Notes: generated by a model not told the origin, from the sequence alone. A DNA stretch of 64,000 nt from Octopus sinensis (GCF_006345805.1 NC_043006.1:70866001-70930000), one strand, 5' to 3'. Shown: positions 48,296 to 61,975, numbered from the stretch's first letter. Made by a program: numbers and translations.

Positions 48296-49557
48296 TAATA
48301 TTGTTGTTTGTTGTGTTGAGGAATGTGGCTTAGCGGTTAAAGTATTTGGCTCACAATCATATTGCCGCGAGTTCAATTCCCAGCAGCGTGCTGTGTCCTT
48401 GAGCAAGACACTTTATTTCACGTTGCTCCAGTCCACTCAACTGGCAAAAATGAACTGTACCTGTAATTCAAAGGGCCAGCCTTGTCACATTCTGTGCCAT
48501 GCTGAATCTCCCTGAGAACTACATTAAGGATACATGTGTCTGTGGAGTCCTCAGCCACTTGCACATTAATTTCACAAGCAGGTTGTTCCATTGATCAGAG
48601 TGCCCGTAACTTTGCTGGTGATGCTGACCCATTGATTCACACACTACCCCACCTCTGTCCATGGTGGTCAGGATATACTGTATCGGTGTGTGTGTGTGTA
48701 GTGTTAATATGTTCCTTGTAGGTTCTGCTGTATTTAGTCAAGCCATGACAGCTGTTGTTTAGCCTCAAGTCGTTCCTGATCCAGTAGAACTATAATCAGA
48801 AACATTCCAACCATGACCACCTTACTTTTTACTCAGGTATAGTATATCCTTAACTACATTATCTATTGCATCTGATATGTCCTTCCTTCCTTGTTGCTGT
48901 TTAGCCCCAAGTCAATGCTGATCCCAAGAAATCTATGAGAAGTAAGGTAAACATGTGAACAGAGAGGTGGGGTTGATATAAAAAAATAATGTAGACAGAT
49001 GAACTGGGCGTGTATAAATGGCATCAATCACAGTGTACAAGGGAGACAACTGTGTTATATAACTACGTGCATTATAACGAAGTAGTGTACATTGGGTTGT
49101 TTAGCCTTAGGTTTGTTCTGATTAAGCAACCCTATGATCTAACGTCTTTGCATCCATAACCAACTTTTTGTATATTTAGGGCTGCTTATCTATAATATAA
49201 ATTGGACATGGCCGATCGTTGTATTCTTTCTCGTCTTGAGGTTCACAACCAAATGGCTGGGTGGACAGGTGCATAGATTGGAAGGCAGTTTGTATTTTTT
49301 CCTAACCCCCATACTTACTGAGAAAATCGATTAAAACTTTTTCTAATGGAATTTCCCTCTTTCTTCTGCCATTAAAACAACCAGTTGCTTAGAAGCTGTT
49401 TTCTGACGAGGTGGGGGTCAAGAAATTTTCATATAGCTGGAGGCTCCAATCAAAACAGGGGACCCGAGATGATAAGGTTGACAAACGCTGTTATAGATTA
49501 TGCCTAACCGAAAATGATCACAGCCACATCATCCAAACAGACCGGGCTTAGCTGCTA

Positions 49558-49600
<43 letters not shown>

Positions 49601-50210
49601 GGGCTTCGTTCAGTTTCCATCTACCAAATCCACTCACAGGGCTTTGGTCAGCTATAGTAGAAGACACTTGCCCAAGGTGCCATGCAGTGGGACTGAACTT
49701 TGAACCATATGCTTGGCAAGCAAGCTTCTTACCACACAGCCACACCTTCACCTATTATATATGTTTATTCGTTCATTGAGTATGGCGTTGGTTGTATTTG
49801 ATGTTCGCTGGGGTTGCTAACAAGAAGGGAGACAGTGGTGGGGGTCAGTAAGGGCTAGTTTATGAGCTATTGTTTTGAATCCAGGTTTCTAAGGAGTTCA
49901 TATATGGTTGAAGAATAGAGATATAGTGTGAGTGTGATTTGGGGAGGCATAGGAAAGTTGTTTTCTGTTTTGTTGCTAGTTCTATATAGTATGGAGGTGT
50001 TGATCACTAATGTTTTCCTACATAGCTTTGTTTTCTGTTGTGTTGTGTTGTATGGTGTTTTGCAATTGCTCCATTTTTAAAGTGCATGGTGAGCCAGTGA
50101 GAGTGTGCTGTACATGTCATTAAAAAATAAGCACATAATTCATGGTGTATAAATCTAACAGCCACTTTTACCTATTATAAAAGGCAGTTACATATGCCAA
50201 AAATATTTCA

Positions 50211-50251
50211 CATCCTGAAGATGAGGCTGTGAAAGTCTAGAAATGTTGATG
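50211..50251 (+). ncRNA. Degenerate minimal hammerhead-like motif
   Basis: CATC-CTGAAGA-TGAGGCT-GTGA-AAGTCTA-GAAA-TG-TT-GATG. Stem I is CAUC/GAUG; stem II is mismatched; ACGT is probably decayed to ATGT. Confidence 0.4.
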
Positions 50252-50904
50252 ATGGATTTAGGAATTTTTATTATTCCAAACAAATTGTGTGGAACACATA
50301 AAAGAAACAATAAAAAAAGACTACAATATAACAATGTTATTCAATACACCGTTAAAAGAAAACAGTTTTCTCTATCTCTCTCCCTCTCTGAATATATGTG
50401 TGTGTGTGTGTGTATATCATCATCATCATCATTTAACATCCATGTTCCATGCTGGCATGGGTTGGATGGTTTGAAAGTGTCCAGTGGGTTGCAAGGCCAC
50501 ATCAAGCTCCTTATCAGCTTTGACATGGTTTCTATGGCTGAATGCCTTTCTTAATGCCAACCACATAAGAGTGGACCGGGTGCTTTTTTCATTACCCCGG
50601 CATTAGTGAGGTTCCTGCATAAACTTGCACGACTGAAAAAGAATAGGGAAAAGAAAAAGTTTCCACAACTAAAAGGGATGTATTTGAGAGAAGAAGGTGG
50701 AGGTGGATGTCTGTAGGCCAGGTGTTGAAAGGATAAAGTGTGATTGAAATACTAGTACAGGTGTCTTGTAGGGGAGATAAAAGGAAGGCAGTGGTAGGAT
50801 GCTGATGCAAACTCTGGAGATAACAAGAGGATGAGAGCATTAGAGAGAGAAATCTGACAGTAGACCATGAGAGGGGATGTATACGTATATATATATATAT
50901 ATAT

Positions 50905-53098
50905 ATCATCATCATCATTGTTTAACGTATGCTTTCCATGCTGGCATGGGTTGGATGATTTGACTGAGGACTGGCGAACCAGATGGCTGTACCAGGCTCC
51001 AATCTGATCTGGTAGAGTTTCTACCACTGGATGCCCTTCCTAATGCCAACCACTTTAATAGTGTAGTGGGTGCTTTTACGTGCCACCGGCACAAGGGCCA
51101 GTCAGGTGGTACTGGCAACAGCCACGCTCAAATGGTGTATTTTACGTACCACCTCCACAGGAGCCAGTCCAGCAGCACGTAACAACCTCGCTCGAATGTT
51201 TTTTCACGTGCCAGTAAGACGACACTGGTAACGATCACACTCAAATGGTGCTTTTTACGTTCCACCGGCATGGAAGCCAGTCAGCTGCTCTGGCAACAAT
51301 CACGCTCAGATGGTGCTCTTAGCGCTCCACTAGCTTGGATGCCAGTCTTTGAATTTGATTTCAATTTCACTTGCCTCAACAGGTTTTCGCAAGCAGAGTT
51401 TAGTGTCCAATGAAGGAAAGGTACGCATAAGTGGGCTGGCATAGGCCACAGGTTATGGTCTCACTTGGCTTGCCAGGTCTTCTCACACACAGCCTATTTC
51501 CAGAGGTTTCGGTCACTAGTCATTGCCTCGGTGAGGCCTAATGTTCGGAGGTCATGCTTCACCACCTCATCCTAGGTCTTCCTAGGTCTACCTCTTCCAC
51601 AGATTCCCTCAACCGCTAGGGTGTGACACTTTTTCACACAGCTATCCTCATCTATTCTCACCACATGACCATACCAGCGCAGTCGTCTCTCTTGCACGCC
51701 ACATCTGATGCTTCTTAGGTCCAACTTTTCTCTCAAGGTATTTACACTCTGTCGAGTATGCACAGACATTACACATCTATCAGATCATACTAGCTTCATT
51801 CCTTGCGAGCTTACACATGTCCTCAGCAGTCACAGCCCATGTTTCACTGCCATGTAGCATGGCTGTTCATATACAAGTGTCATACAGTCTACCTTTTACT
51901 CTGAGCAAGAGGCCCTTTGTCACCAGCAGAGGTAAGAGCTCTCTGAACTTTGCCCAGGCTATTCTTATTCTAGCAATTACACTTTCAGTGCATCCTCCCC
52001 CGCTACTGACTTGGTCACCAAAGTAATGGAAGCTATCAACTACTTCTAGTTTTTCTCCCTGGAATGTGGCGGAAGTTGTTCTCTGCACATTTTCAGTGTT
52101 TATTGCTCCTGAGCATCTGCCACATACAAAAACTACCTTCCTAGTTAGCCTTCCTTTGATATTGCTGCACCTCTTATGTATCCATAGCTTACACTGGGTA
52201 CATCTTATAGAGTTTCTACCTACGCCTTTTCTACAGATCAAGCAGGGCCATCTACCTGAAGGGATTTGTGGTTTGTCTGCCTGCCTACTTATTAGGACTT
52301 TGGCTTAGCTAGGTTGACTCTAAGGCCCTTCAATTCTAATCCTTGCTTCCACACCCGAAGCTTCTCCTCTAGTTCTGATAGTGACTCAGCAATTAGAGCA
52401 AGATCGTCAGCATAGAGGAGCTCCCAGGGGCATCCTGTCTTGAATTCCTCTGTTATTGCCTGGAGGACTATGATAAATAGGAGGGGCTGAGGACTGAACC
52501 TTGGTGGAACCCCTACCTCTACCCGGAATTCTTCACTGTACTCATTGCCAACCCTCACTTTACTGACAGCATCCCTGTACATGGCTTGCACAGCTCTCAC
52601 CATTCATCTATCCGTAGTTTCCTCATTGATCACCAGATAAAGGATCGGGGGACCCTGTCAAAGGCTTTCTCCATGTCAACGAAAGCCAGGTACAGAGGTT
52701 TATCTTTGGCTTGGTATTTCTCCTGCAGCTGTCTTACCAGAAATATACCATCGGTGGTGCTTTTCCCTGGCATGAACCCAAACTGCATCTCATCTAAACT
52801 GACTCTCTCCTTAATTAGTTGGGCTATGACCCTCTCCGTGATCTTCATTACCTGATCCAACAACTTGATACCTCTGTAATTATTTGTATCTAAAACGTCA
52901 CCTTTACCTTTGTAGCAGTTGACTATGGTGCTGCTGCACCAGTCATTGGGTATGACTCCTTTGTGTATCACATGGTTAACTATACAGGTGACTAGGCTAT
53001 AGCCAACACTGCCAGATATTTTGAGCATCTCTGCAGTGATTCCTGATGGGCGAGGGGCTTTCCCTCACTTCATGCTCTTAATTGCTTTATCTACTGAA
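50905..53098 (-). mobile_element. 5'-truncated RTE-clade LINE with RT and full 3' UTR
   Basis: ORFs 52630-53028, 52292-52603, 51867-52241 and 51572-51769 give NYRGIKLL, QFGFMPGKSTTD, AFVDMEKAFDRVP, ELLYADDLAL, C-x2-C/H-x2-C and YGHVVR, joined by frameshifts; (CAT)n tail at 50906-50918. Confidence 0.92.
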
Positions 53099-53819
53099 GT
53101 GTTAGGGAATGAGAGTTATAGGGAAAATGCTTGACAAAGCAGAAAGTGAGAAGTGGGGCAAGGCCCTATTTACAAGCATACCAAGTGGTTTGAGATATCA
53201 TTTTTGTCATGATGAATGAATCTTCAAAGAGAGAGGAGAGGTGTAAAACAAGGAAGATTATGAGGTAAGGAGAAGACAAATAAATATGAAGTAAGACAAG
53301 TCAAACATGCTGAATAAAGTGTAGAAATATGAAACAAAACAATAACAAAGAATTTTTACCAAAAATATATCAAATGAAAAGAATAGAAGAGGATCAAGCA
53401 TTTCAGGTTATACCATTTGTTAAAGAAAAATAAAAAGAATAAGAGAGGGAAAAGAAAAATAGAAATGGTACCAAATTTACAATGTCTGTTTACATTACAG
53501 GCTTGGTGTAAAAAGGAAATTAGATAATGAAGTAGTAGGATTGATAGTTGAGATACAACCTAAATCAGTGTTTCTCAACCTTGTGTAACCCTTAAAATAA
53601 ATTACATGTCTCAAGGAATCCCTGCACGAAAAAATTATATACCGCAAAAAAAATTATATACCATATCTTTCTCATATTTTTTTCATCATAGTTCACATAG
53701 TAAATATCATATACAATAAATCAATAACTAGCTTAAGAAAAATTAATACTTTGTCAAATTTATTGTTAATGCTAGATAAGAGTCATACAACTCATTTATG
53801 ATACCTCATCACAGAGTTT

Positions 53820-55480
53820 TTATCATTGTTTAACATCCGCTTTCCATGCTAGCATGAGTTGGACAGTTTGACTGAGGACTGGCAAGCCAGAAGGCTGCAC
53901 CAGGCACCAATCCAATCTGGCAAAGTTTCTACAGCTGAATGCCCTTCCTAATACCAACCACTCTGAGAGTGTAGTGGGTGGTTTTTACATGTCACCGGTA
54001 TGAGGGCCAGTCAAGCAGTACTGGCATCAACCACGCTCATATAGTGTTTTTCACATGCCACCTGCACAGGAGCCAGTCAGGCAGCACTGGCATCAACCAC
54101 ACTCAAATGGTGCTCTTTATGTGCCACCAGCACGGGAGCAGGCACTGGCATCAACCACACTCAAATGGTGCTCTTTATGAGCCACCAGCATGGGACCAGT
54201 CAGCAGGCACTGGCATCAACCACACTCAAATGGTGCTCTTTATGTGCCACCAGCACGGGACCAGTCAGCAGGCACTGGCATCATCCACACTCAAATGGTG
54301 CTCTTTATGTGCCACCAGCACGGGACCAGTCAGCAGGCACTGGCATCATCCACACTCAAATGGTGCTCTTTATGTGCCACCAGCACGGGACCAGTCAGCA
54401 GGCACTGGCATCATCCACACTCAAATGGTGCTCTTTATGTGCCACCAGCATGGGACCAGTCAGCAGGCACTGGCAACAACCACACTCAAATGGTGCTCTT
54501 TATGTGCCACCAGCATGGGACCAGTCAGCAGGCACTGGCATCAACCACACTCAAATGGTGCTCTTTATGAGCCACCAGCATGGGACCAGTCAGCAGGCAC
54601 TGGCATCAACCACACTCAAATGGTGCTCTTTATGAGCCACCAGCATGGGACCAGTCAGCAGGCACTGGCATCAACCACACTCAAATGGTGCTCTTTATGT
54701 GCCACCAGCACGGGAGCAGGCACTGGCATCATCCACACTCAAATGGTGCTCTTTATGAGCCACCAGCACGGGACCAGTCAGCAGGCACTGGCATCAACCA
54801 CACTCAAATGGTGCTCTTTATGAGCCACCAGCATGGGACCAGTCAGCAGGCACTGGCAACAACCACACTCAAATGGTGCTCTTTATGTGCCACCAGCACG
54901 GGAGCAGGCACTGGCATCATCCACACTCAAATGGTGCTCTTTATGTGCCACCAGCATGGGACCAGTCAGCAGGCACTGGCAACAACCACACTCAAATGGT
55001 GCTCTTTATGTGCCACCAGCATGGGACCAGTCAGCAGGCACTGGCATCATCCACACTCAAATGGTGCTCTTTATGAGCCACCAGCACGGGACCAGTCAGC
55101 AGGCACTGGCATCAACCACACTCAAATGGTGCTCTTTATGAGCCACCAGCATGGGACCAGTCAGCAGGCACTGGCATCAACCACACTCAAATGGTGCTCT
55201 TTATGTGCCACCAGCACGGGAGCAGGCACTGGCATCATCCACACTCAAATGGTGCTCTTTATGAGCCACCAGCACGGGACCAGTCAGCAGGCACTGGCAT
55301 CAACCACACTCAAATGGTGCTCTTTATGAGCCACCAGCATGGGACCAGTCAGCAGGCACTGACATCATCCACACTCAAATGGTGCTCTTTATGTGCCACC
55401 AGCATGGGACCAGTCAGCAGGCACTGGCATCAACCACACTTGAATGGTGCTTTTTACATGCCACCTGCATGGGAGCCAGG
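53820..55480 (-). mobile_element. RTE 3' UTR copy with an expanded internal repeat
   Basis: Starts TCATTGTTTAACATCCGCTTTCCATGC like other RTE 3' ends and runs into the tandem array. Confidence 0.8.
54060..55480. repeat. Minisatellite: 22 units of 65 bp, four of them 58 bp
   Basis: ACTCAAATGG recurs at 54101, 54159, 54224, 54289 ... 55373, 55438 (last one variant); 58-bp steps lack CCAGTCA. Confidence 0.95.
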
Positions 55481-55536
55481 TGTTTTCATTCACAAAAAAA
55501 ATCTAAACTTAATCATAAAAAATAAACATTAGGTAC

Positions 55537-55920
55537 AAGTGTGGCTGTGTGGTAAGTAGCTTGCTTACCAACCACATGGTTCTGGGCTCAGTCCTACTGT
55601 GTGGCACCTTGGGCAAGTGTCTTCTACTATAGCCTCTGGCCGACCAAAGCTTTGTGAGTAGGTTTGGTAGACAGAAACTGAAAAAAGCCCGTCATATGTA
55701 TATGTATGTGTGTGTATATGTTTGTGTGTCTGTGTTTGTCCCCCCAACATCACTTGACAACCGATGCTGGCGTGTTTACGTCCGTGTAACTTAGCGGTTC
55801 AGCAAAAGAGACTGAATAAGTACTAGGCTTACAAAGAATAAGTCCTGGGGTCAATTTACTCGACTAAAGGCGGTGCTCCAGCATGGCCGCAGTCAAATGA
55901 CTGAAACAAGTAAAAGAGTA
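55537..55920 (+). mobile_element. Family A SINE
   Basis: Full-length match. Confidence 0.85.
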
Positions 55921-56339
55921 TAAGTAGCTGATATCATATACCCACAATACATAAATGTAAACAGATAATTGTCTATCAATTTATTATTTATTTAACCTTT
56001 ACTGGCAATGTTGAAAAGACAAAAGATAAATCAAGGCAAAATGTACAGTGAACCAGTAAATTATACAAGGAAATGCTAGATTGTATAGTAATATTACAAT
56101 CATAAAATTAGCATTAGCTTATCTCATTCTTTCTTGCGGAACCCCTAAGAACCTTTTGTGGAACCCTAGGATTCCAGGGAACCCCAGTTGAGAAACACTG
56201 ATCTGAATCATAGTGAGTGTAAGTGGGGAGAAAGTGAGAGAGGGAGTGGGGCAGCTCAAGATATCGGTGGGTGCATATAGTGCAGCAGAGTTAATGTGTA
56301 GTATCATCTATGTTAGTGTTAAATAGAATCTAATATCAT

Positions 56340-56760
56340 CATCATTTTATCCTTAACAGTGCATGATCTCAGAATCCAACCAGACAGTCATCAGCACATT
56401 ATTGTCATCATAGTAACAAACACATGGAATGATGCATCATTACTCATGTGAATTCCCAAGTCTCACACTAAGATTGTAACGGCCACCAAGTCAGCATATT
56501 TTGATTTCAATATTTGTGGGTCACTAGCAGAAAACTTGAAGTTTCTCAGCACTGGATTGCATATTGTTTTCTTCAACCCACTTAGATACTGCATTGAGAT
56601 CTTTCTGCAGCTTTTACATCTGTCATCAGGGTCCTTGACTATTTGTCATACTTCTGTATCACCAGCATAGCTGGTGAGAGTGACTGACTATATGGTTGAG
56701 GGTATGTCAGTAGTCATACACAGTAGTGGTCCCAATATAGTCCCCTGGGGGGACACGGCT
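56340..56760 (-). mobile_element. CR1/L2-type RT fragment
   Basis: Minus translation gives VP.G..LGPLL..DIP..SYAGDT..LQKDLNAVSKWVEENNMQ in broken frames. Confidence 0.65.
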
Positions 56761-56849
56761 TAGTATTGATGTCCCTTTGTGATACGCTTAAAGCCAGGAA
56801 CTTTTCAGCACCCCCTATATATATATATATGTATGTATGTATATATATA

Positions 56850-57199
56850 CTCCTACTCTTTTACTTGTTTCAGTCATTTGACTACGGCCATGCTGGAGTA
56901 CTGCCTTTAGTACTTATTCTATCGGTCTCTTTTGCCGAACCACTAAGTTACTGGGATGCAAACACACCACCATCGGTTGTCAAGCAATGTTGGCGGGACA
57001 AACACAGACACACACACATATATATATATATACATACATATATACGACAGGCTTCTTTCAGTTTCCATCTACCAAATCCACTCACAAGGCTTTGGTCAGC
57101 CCGAGGCTATAGTAGAAGACACTTGCCCAAGGTGCCATGCAGTGTGACTGAACCCGGAACCGTGTGGTTGGTAAACAAGCTACTTACCACACAGCCACT
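56850..57199 (-). mobile_element. Family A SINE
   Basis: Match to other copies; further partial copies at about 45680-45930, 49590-49745, 57655-57860 and 59025-59175. Confidence 0.8.
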
Positions 57200-57877
57200 C
57201 TATGTATGTGTGCATGAATATATATAAGTTCATATCTATGTGCATATATATATATATGTGTGTGTGTGTATGTGATGGCTGCAAACTTGTGTTTGAGTAT
57301 TGCCATCGCCTTATCAAATGTTCCATGCGAAGGCTACAACCAGCCATTTTTGTGATAGGTTTTACTTTTCTCTCAATAGATGCCTGTACATGATGATTTT
57401 TTATAGTGGGAAAAGGAAACACCTGGGCTGGTGTCCAAGCACATGGTTGGCCCATCAGGAGTGGGAGGCCCTCCTGTTGTTGTCAAAACATCTCTTTAGG
57501 AGAGGGAAACTCAGAGAAAGCCTGCGACACTGACAATATTCAATGATGTAGACTAGTTCTTCTTTTCAAGTTTATGTTGTCCATGTACAGAAAGTGAGAT
57601 TGGATTGGATATATGTATGTGTGTGTGTGTATATACACACACACACATACATCTTTTACCTTTTACTTGTTTCAGTCATTGGACTGTGGCCATGTTGGGG
57701 TAACCCCTTGAATGGTTTAATCAAACAAATTGACCCAAGTACTAATTTTTTTAAGCTTGGTACTTATTCTGTCCATACCTTTTTGCTGAACTGATAAGTT
57801 ACAGGTGATATAAACAAAGCAACACCAGTTGTCAAGCAGTAGTGCAACATAAAAACAAAGATATATACATACATACA

Positions 57878-58200
57878 TCATCATCATCATCGTTTAACAT
57901 CCGTTTTCCATGGTAGCATGGGTTGGACGGTTCGACCGGGATCTGGGAAGCCAGGAGGCTGCACCTGGCTCCAGTCTGATCTGGCAGTGATTCTACAGCT
58001 GGATGCCCTTCCTAATGCCAATCACTCTGAGAGTGTAGTAGGTGCTTTTTACATGCCACCGGCAGAGGAGGCTGGCAAACGGCCACGATCGGTTGGTGCA
58101 TTTTACGTGAGACCTGACATGGACGCCAGTCAGGTGGCACTGGCATCATCCACGTTTGAATGGTGCTCTTTACATGCCACCGGCATGGGTATTATAACTA
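57878..58200 (-). mobile_element. RTE 3' UTR fragment
   Basis: CATCATCATCATCGTTTAACATCCG start followed by internal GTGCCACCGG units. Confidence 0.75.
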
Positions 58201-58237
58201 CAATTTCCATTTGCATATATATATACACACATACATA

Positions 58238-59007
58238 GTGTGAAAGACAGATTGTTTGATGTCTGTGTGCAAACAGCTATGCTACATGGCAGTGAAACAT
58301 GGGCTGTGACATGCGTAGGCTTGGAAGAAATAAAGCCAGTATGCTTTGCTGGATGTGCAATGTCAGTATACATGTTCAACAGAGTGTAAGTGTCTTGAGA
58401 GAAAGACTGGACATAAGAGGCATCAGATGTGGTGTGAAAGAGAGACAACTGCACTGGTATGGTCATGTGATGCGTATGGATGAGGACAGTTGTGTAAAGA
58501 GGTGCTGAACTCTAACTGTGGAGGGAACCTGTTCTAGAGGTAGACCCAGGAAGACATGGGACGAGGTGGTGAAGCATGATCTTCAAACTTTGAGCTTCAC
58601 AGAACAATGACTAATGACCGAGACTTTTAGCGATGTGCTGTGCTTGAGGGGACCCATCAAATGCACCTGTGCTTGTAGCATGTAAAGAACACCTTTCGAG
58701 TGTTGAGCCTCATGAAGGCAATGACAAAGATCTTTAGCATTATGTCATGCTTGAGAAGAAACCCATCAAGCTGAGCAAAATTGAAGTCATGGCAGATACT
58801 AGTGTCATGCAAATTGGCACCCATGCCAGTGGCACTTAAAAGCACCTGTTACACTCTTGGAGTGGTTAGCATTAGGAAGGGTATCCAGCTGTAGAAGACC
58901 ATGCCAAATCAGACTGGAGTCTAGTGCAGCCTTCCAGCATGCCAGCCCAATCAAACTGTCCAACCCATGCCAACATGGACAACGGATGTTAAATGATGAT
59001 GATGATG
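58238..59007 (+). mobile_element. RTE LINE ORF end plus 3' UTR
   Basis: AMLHGSETWAV..RNKASMLCWMCNV..WYGHVMRMDEDSCVK..GRPRKTW; ends GATGTTAAATGATGATGATG. Confidence 0.85.
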
Positions 59008-60259
59008 TGTGTGTGTGTGTATTAACCAGCTTCTTTCAGTTTTTGACTACCAAATCCACTCATAGAGTTTTGGTCAACCTAGGGCTATAGTAGAAGACAT
59101 TGCCAAAGGTGCCATGCAATGGGACTGAACCCAGAACAACATATGTGGGAAGTAAACTTCTGACCACTCAGCTCTGGGCTCTAAGCAAATGTAAAAATTA
59201 TCAAAAGTGGGCAGTGACAAGACATTGCTGATCTCAGGTGTATAATCTCTCTCATTGGCTCCTTGGTTATGGTTTTCATAAAAACACCTGATGAGCCAGT
59301 CCTATTATGATCACGTCAGATGAAAACCTCTAAGTAATTTACATGTTCTGCCACTGAATGTGTGAGGTAAACCAGATGTTGCTGTGTAATTATATATGCA
59401 CATATAAATAAATACAATAACCAGGTGCACCTTTACTATAGCTTTACCTGGTTAATTGCAAATAAACACTCAAAAATTTTTTATTGTCTCAAAATAATGT
59501 TAAAATGTTGGCATTTTTTGTAAGTTGATTCCCCAACCAAGTATTTGTTAATTCTGAGAGCAAACTGAAAACGAACTCTCTGGTTAATAACCTCAACATA
59601 TTTTCATTAAAATTGAGCTGTATTTTATTTCATTCTTACTGAACATGTTTTTTAATTTGTTTCAGGTTAATACAAATGCTATGAGAAAAGTTTTAAAGCT
59701 ATTTTCCATATTAAAATGAGGGTTAGCTTTGCAAAGCCCATTGAAAGTCTAAATGTCCTTCTTGTTATCAATTTCAACTTCTTCTTACAACAGACAAGGA
59801 TAATTTGTTTCAAGTCAATAATAATAATAATAATAATCCTTTCTGCTAAAGGCACAAGGCCTGAAATTTTTTTGGGGGGGGAACTAGTTGATTACATAGA
59901 CCCAAGTGTTTCGCTGGTACTTAATTTATTGACCTCAAAAAGATGAAAGGCAAAGTCAACCTTGGCGGACTTTAATAATAATAATAATAATAGTAATAAT
60001 AATGATGATAATGATACCAATAATAATAGGTGAGCTTGGAATAATCAGCACTCAGCTGCCAACATGGCTCAAAACGACTGGTAGAACACCTACAAAGATT
60101 ATCATTGCTTGGAACTGTGAGAGTTCTTCGCAGGGTTCTTGAAACATGACCAGTAAACAAGTGTCACCCTAGTCTGCTGTCTGTGGACAGCTGACACTTT
60201 CCATTATACCCATCAAAATAAAGCTGAAAGTTTTCATCAAATAATAATCATTAAAATAA

Positions 60260-60948
60260 AAACAATAGTTTCAAAATTTGGCACAAGGCCAGCAATTTTG
60301 GAGGAGGGGTAAGTCGATTACACCAACCCCCAGAATTCAACTGGTCCTTATTTTATCAACCCTGAAAAGCTGAAAGGCAAAGTCAACCTTGGCAAAATTT
60401 GATCTCAGAAATTAAAGTCAGAAGACATACTGCCAAGCATTTTTTTCCAGCACCATAACAGTTCTGCTAACTTGCTGCCTTAATGATAATAATAATAATA
60501 ATAATAATCATCCTTTCTACTAAAGGCACAAGTCCTGAAGTTTTGGGGGAGGGGACTAGTCGATTACATTGACCCCAGTGTTTCACTGGTACTTAATTTA
60601 TTAATCCCAAAAGGATGAAAGGCAAAGTCAACCTCGATAGAATTTGAACTCAGAATGAGCAGCAGACGAAATACCACTAAGCATTTTTCCTAGCATACTA
60701 AAGATTCTACTACCTTAATAATAATAATAATAATAATCCTTTCTACTATAGGTACAAGGCCTGAAATTTGGGTGGGGGGAGTAAGTTGATCACACTGACC
60801 CCAATACTTGACTGGTGTTTAATTTATCAATCCTAAAAGGATGAAAGGCAAAGCCAACCTCAGCAGCATTTGAACTCAGAACATAAAGTCAGATGAAATA
60901 CCTCTAAGCATTTTGTCTGGTGTGCTAATGATTCTGCCAACTCACCAC
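60260..60948 (-). mobile_element. Three consecutive family C SINEs separated by (AAT)n
   Basis: Repeated family C blocks. Confidence 0.8.
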
Positions 60949-60949
60949 A

Positions 60950-61975
60950 AAAGAAGAAACATAGCAGAATATTTGGTAAACAGCAAACAAGACCTGCTAC
61001 AGTATGCTGCTACTGCAGAAGGATTTAACAAAAATGTATTTGAGAGTGCTCATGAATTCTGATCAAGAACAGCCAACAAGAGAGAAGAAACCCTACTCCG
61101 CATGGAATTACATAGTCAGTTCCACCGTGAAACCAACAAATTAAAAGACCTGGAAGCATCGTGGAGATGGCTTAACAAGGGTGGCCTAAAAAAGAATACT
61201 GAAAGCCTAATCATTGCTGCCCATGACCAGGCATTGAAAACCAACTCAGTGAAAAAGAATATATACCACACAAGTGCAACAAACCTCTGCAGAATTTGTG
61301 GGAAGAGGGTCAAAAGCATGACTTACAATGTTAGTGCTTGTGAAAGTCTTGCGCAGAAAGAGTACAAGTGTAGACACGACAAGGTACCCCAAAACCTCCA
61401 CTGGCTACAATGCCCTAAGTATGAATACGAGGTTATGGGTACTTAGTACCAACATACACCGGAAAAGGTAATGGACAAAAAGGGAAAGGCAAAAATCCTT
61501 CTAAACATACAAGGTATTAGAATACTGAAGGCTGGATATAGTAACCTTTAGGAGGGACAAACAAGAGTGCTTAATAATTGAGGTGGCAGTGCCAAGAGAT
61601 CAACATATCATCATGAATGAAAGAGAAAAGGGTTGATAAATATGGAGGCCTGAGAATTGAGATTGCTAAGATGTTGAAGCTATGAGAGTCAAAATAGAGG
61701 TTAACCCTATTGTCATCAGAGCATTGGGTTCAATACCACCCAATCTGAAAAAACATCTGAAAACTTTAGAAGTACCCTACAATCTTGGTGTATTGCAAAA
61801 GTCAGCATTACTTGGAACTGCACGTATATTGCGTAAAGTACTGACTGTCTGAGGTCGTTGTGATTTGACAAACAGTACAAGCCCGCAGTAGACACAATAT
61901 CTTCAATCAACAACCTCACGATATTGGATACTGTGTGACATCTTAAATAGGAATAATAGTAATAATAATAATAAA
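60950..61975 (+). mobile_element. 5'-truncated non-LTR retrotransposon with a restriction-like endonuclease (R4/Dong-like)
   Basis: CRICG..SAC.SLAQKEYKCRHDKV..LHW zinc knuckle, then IIEVAVP, EK..KY..L, ALGSIP and LQKSALLGTARILRKVL; stop at 61850-61852, short UTR and (AAT)n at about 61950-61972. Confidence 0.8.

Larger units (their letters stand above)
53566..56200. mobile_element. Non-autonomous hAT (Charlie-type) element with nested insertions
   Basis: ACCTAAAT|CAGTGTTTCTCAACC ... GTTGAGAAACACTG|ATCTGAAT; perfect 14-bp TIR, TSD 6/8 with both differences transitions. Confidence 0.7.

Noticed and set aside
54060-55480. CRISPR-like array, and long His/Gln-rich ORFs (53978..54823, 54580..55329)
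   Set aside because: Units repeat end to end with no unique spacers, there are no cas genes, and the context is eukaryotic. The ORFs simply reflect a stop-poor tandem unit derived from a LINE UTR.
59285-59335. CTGATGA...GAAA at about 59288-59326
   Set aside because: No credible stem II or stem I pairing, so it is not counted as a hammerhead.
59972-60170. Tiny minus-strand R4/Dong-like C-terminal fragment ending in (TAT)n
   Set aside because: Similarity (SRTLRRTL versus ARILRKVL) is too short to call.
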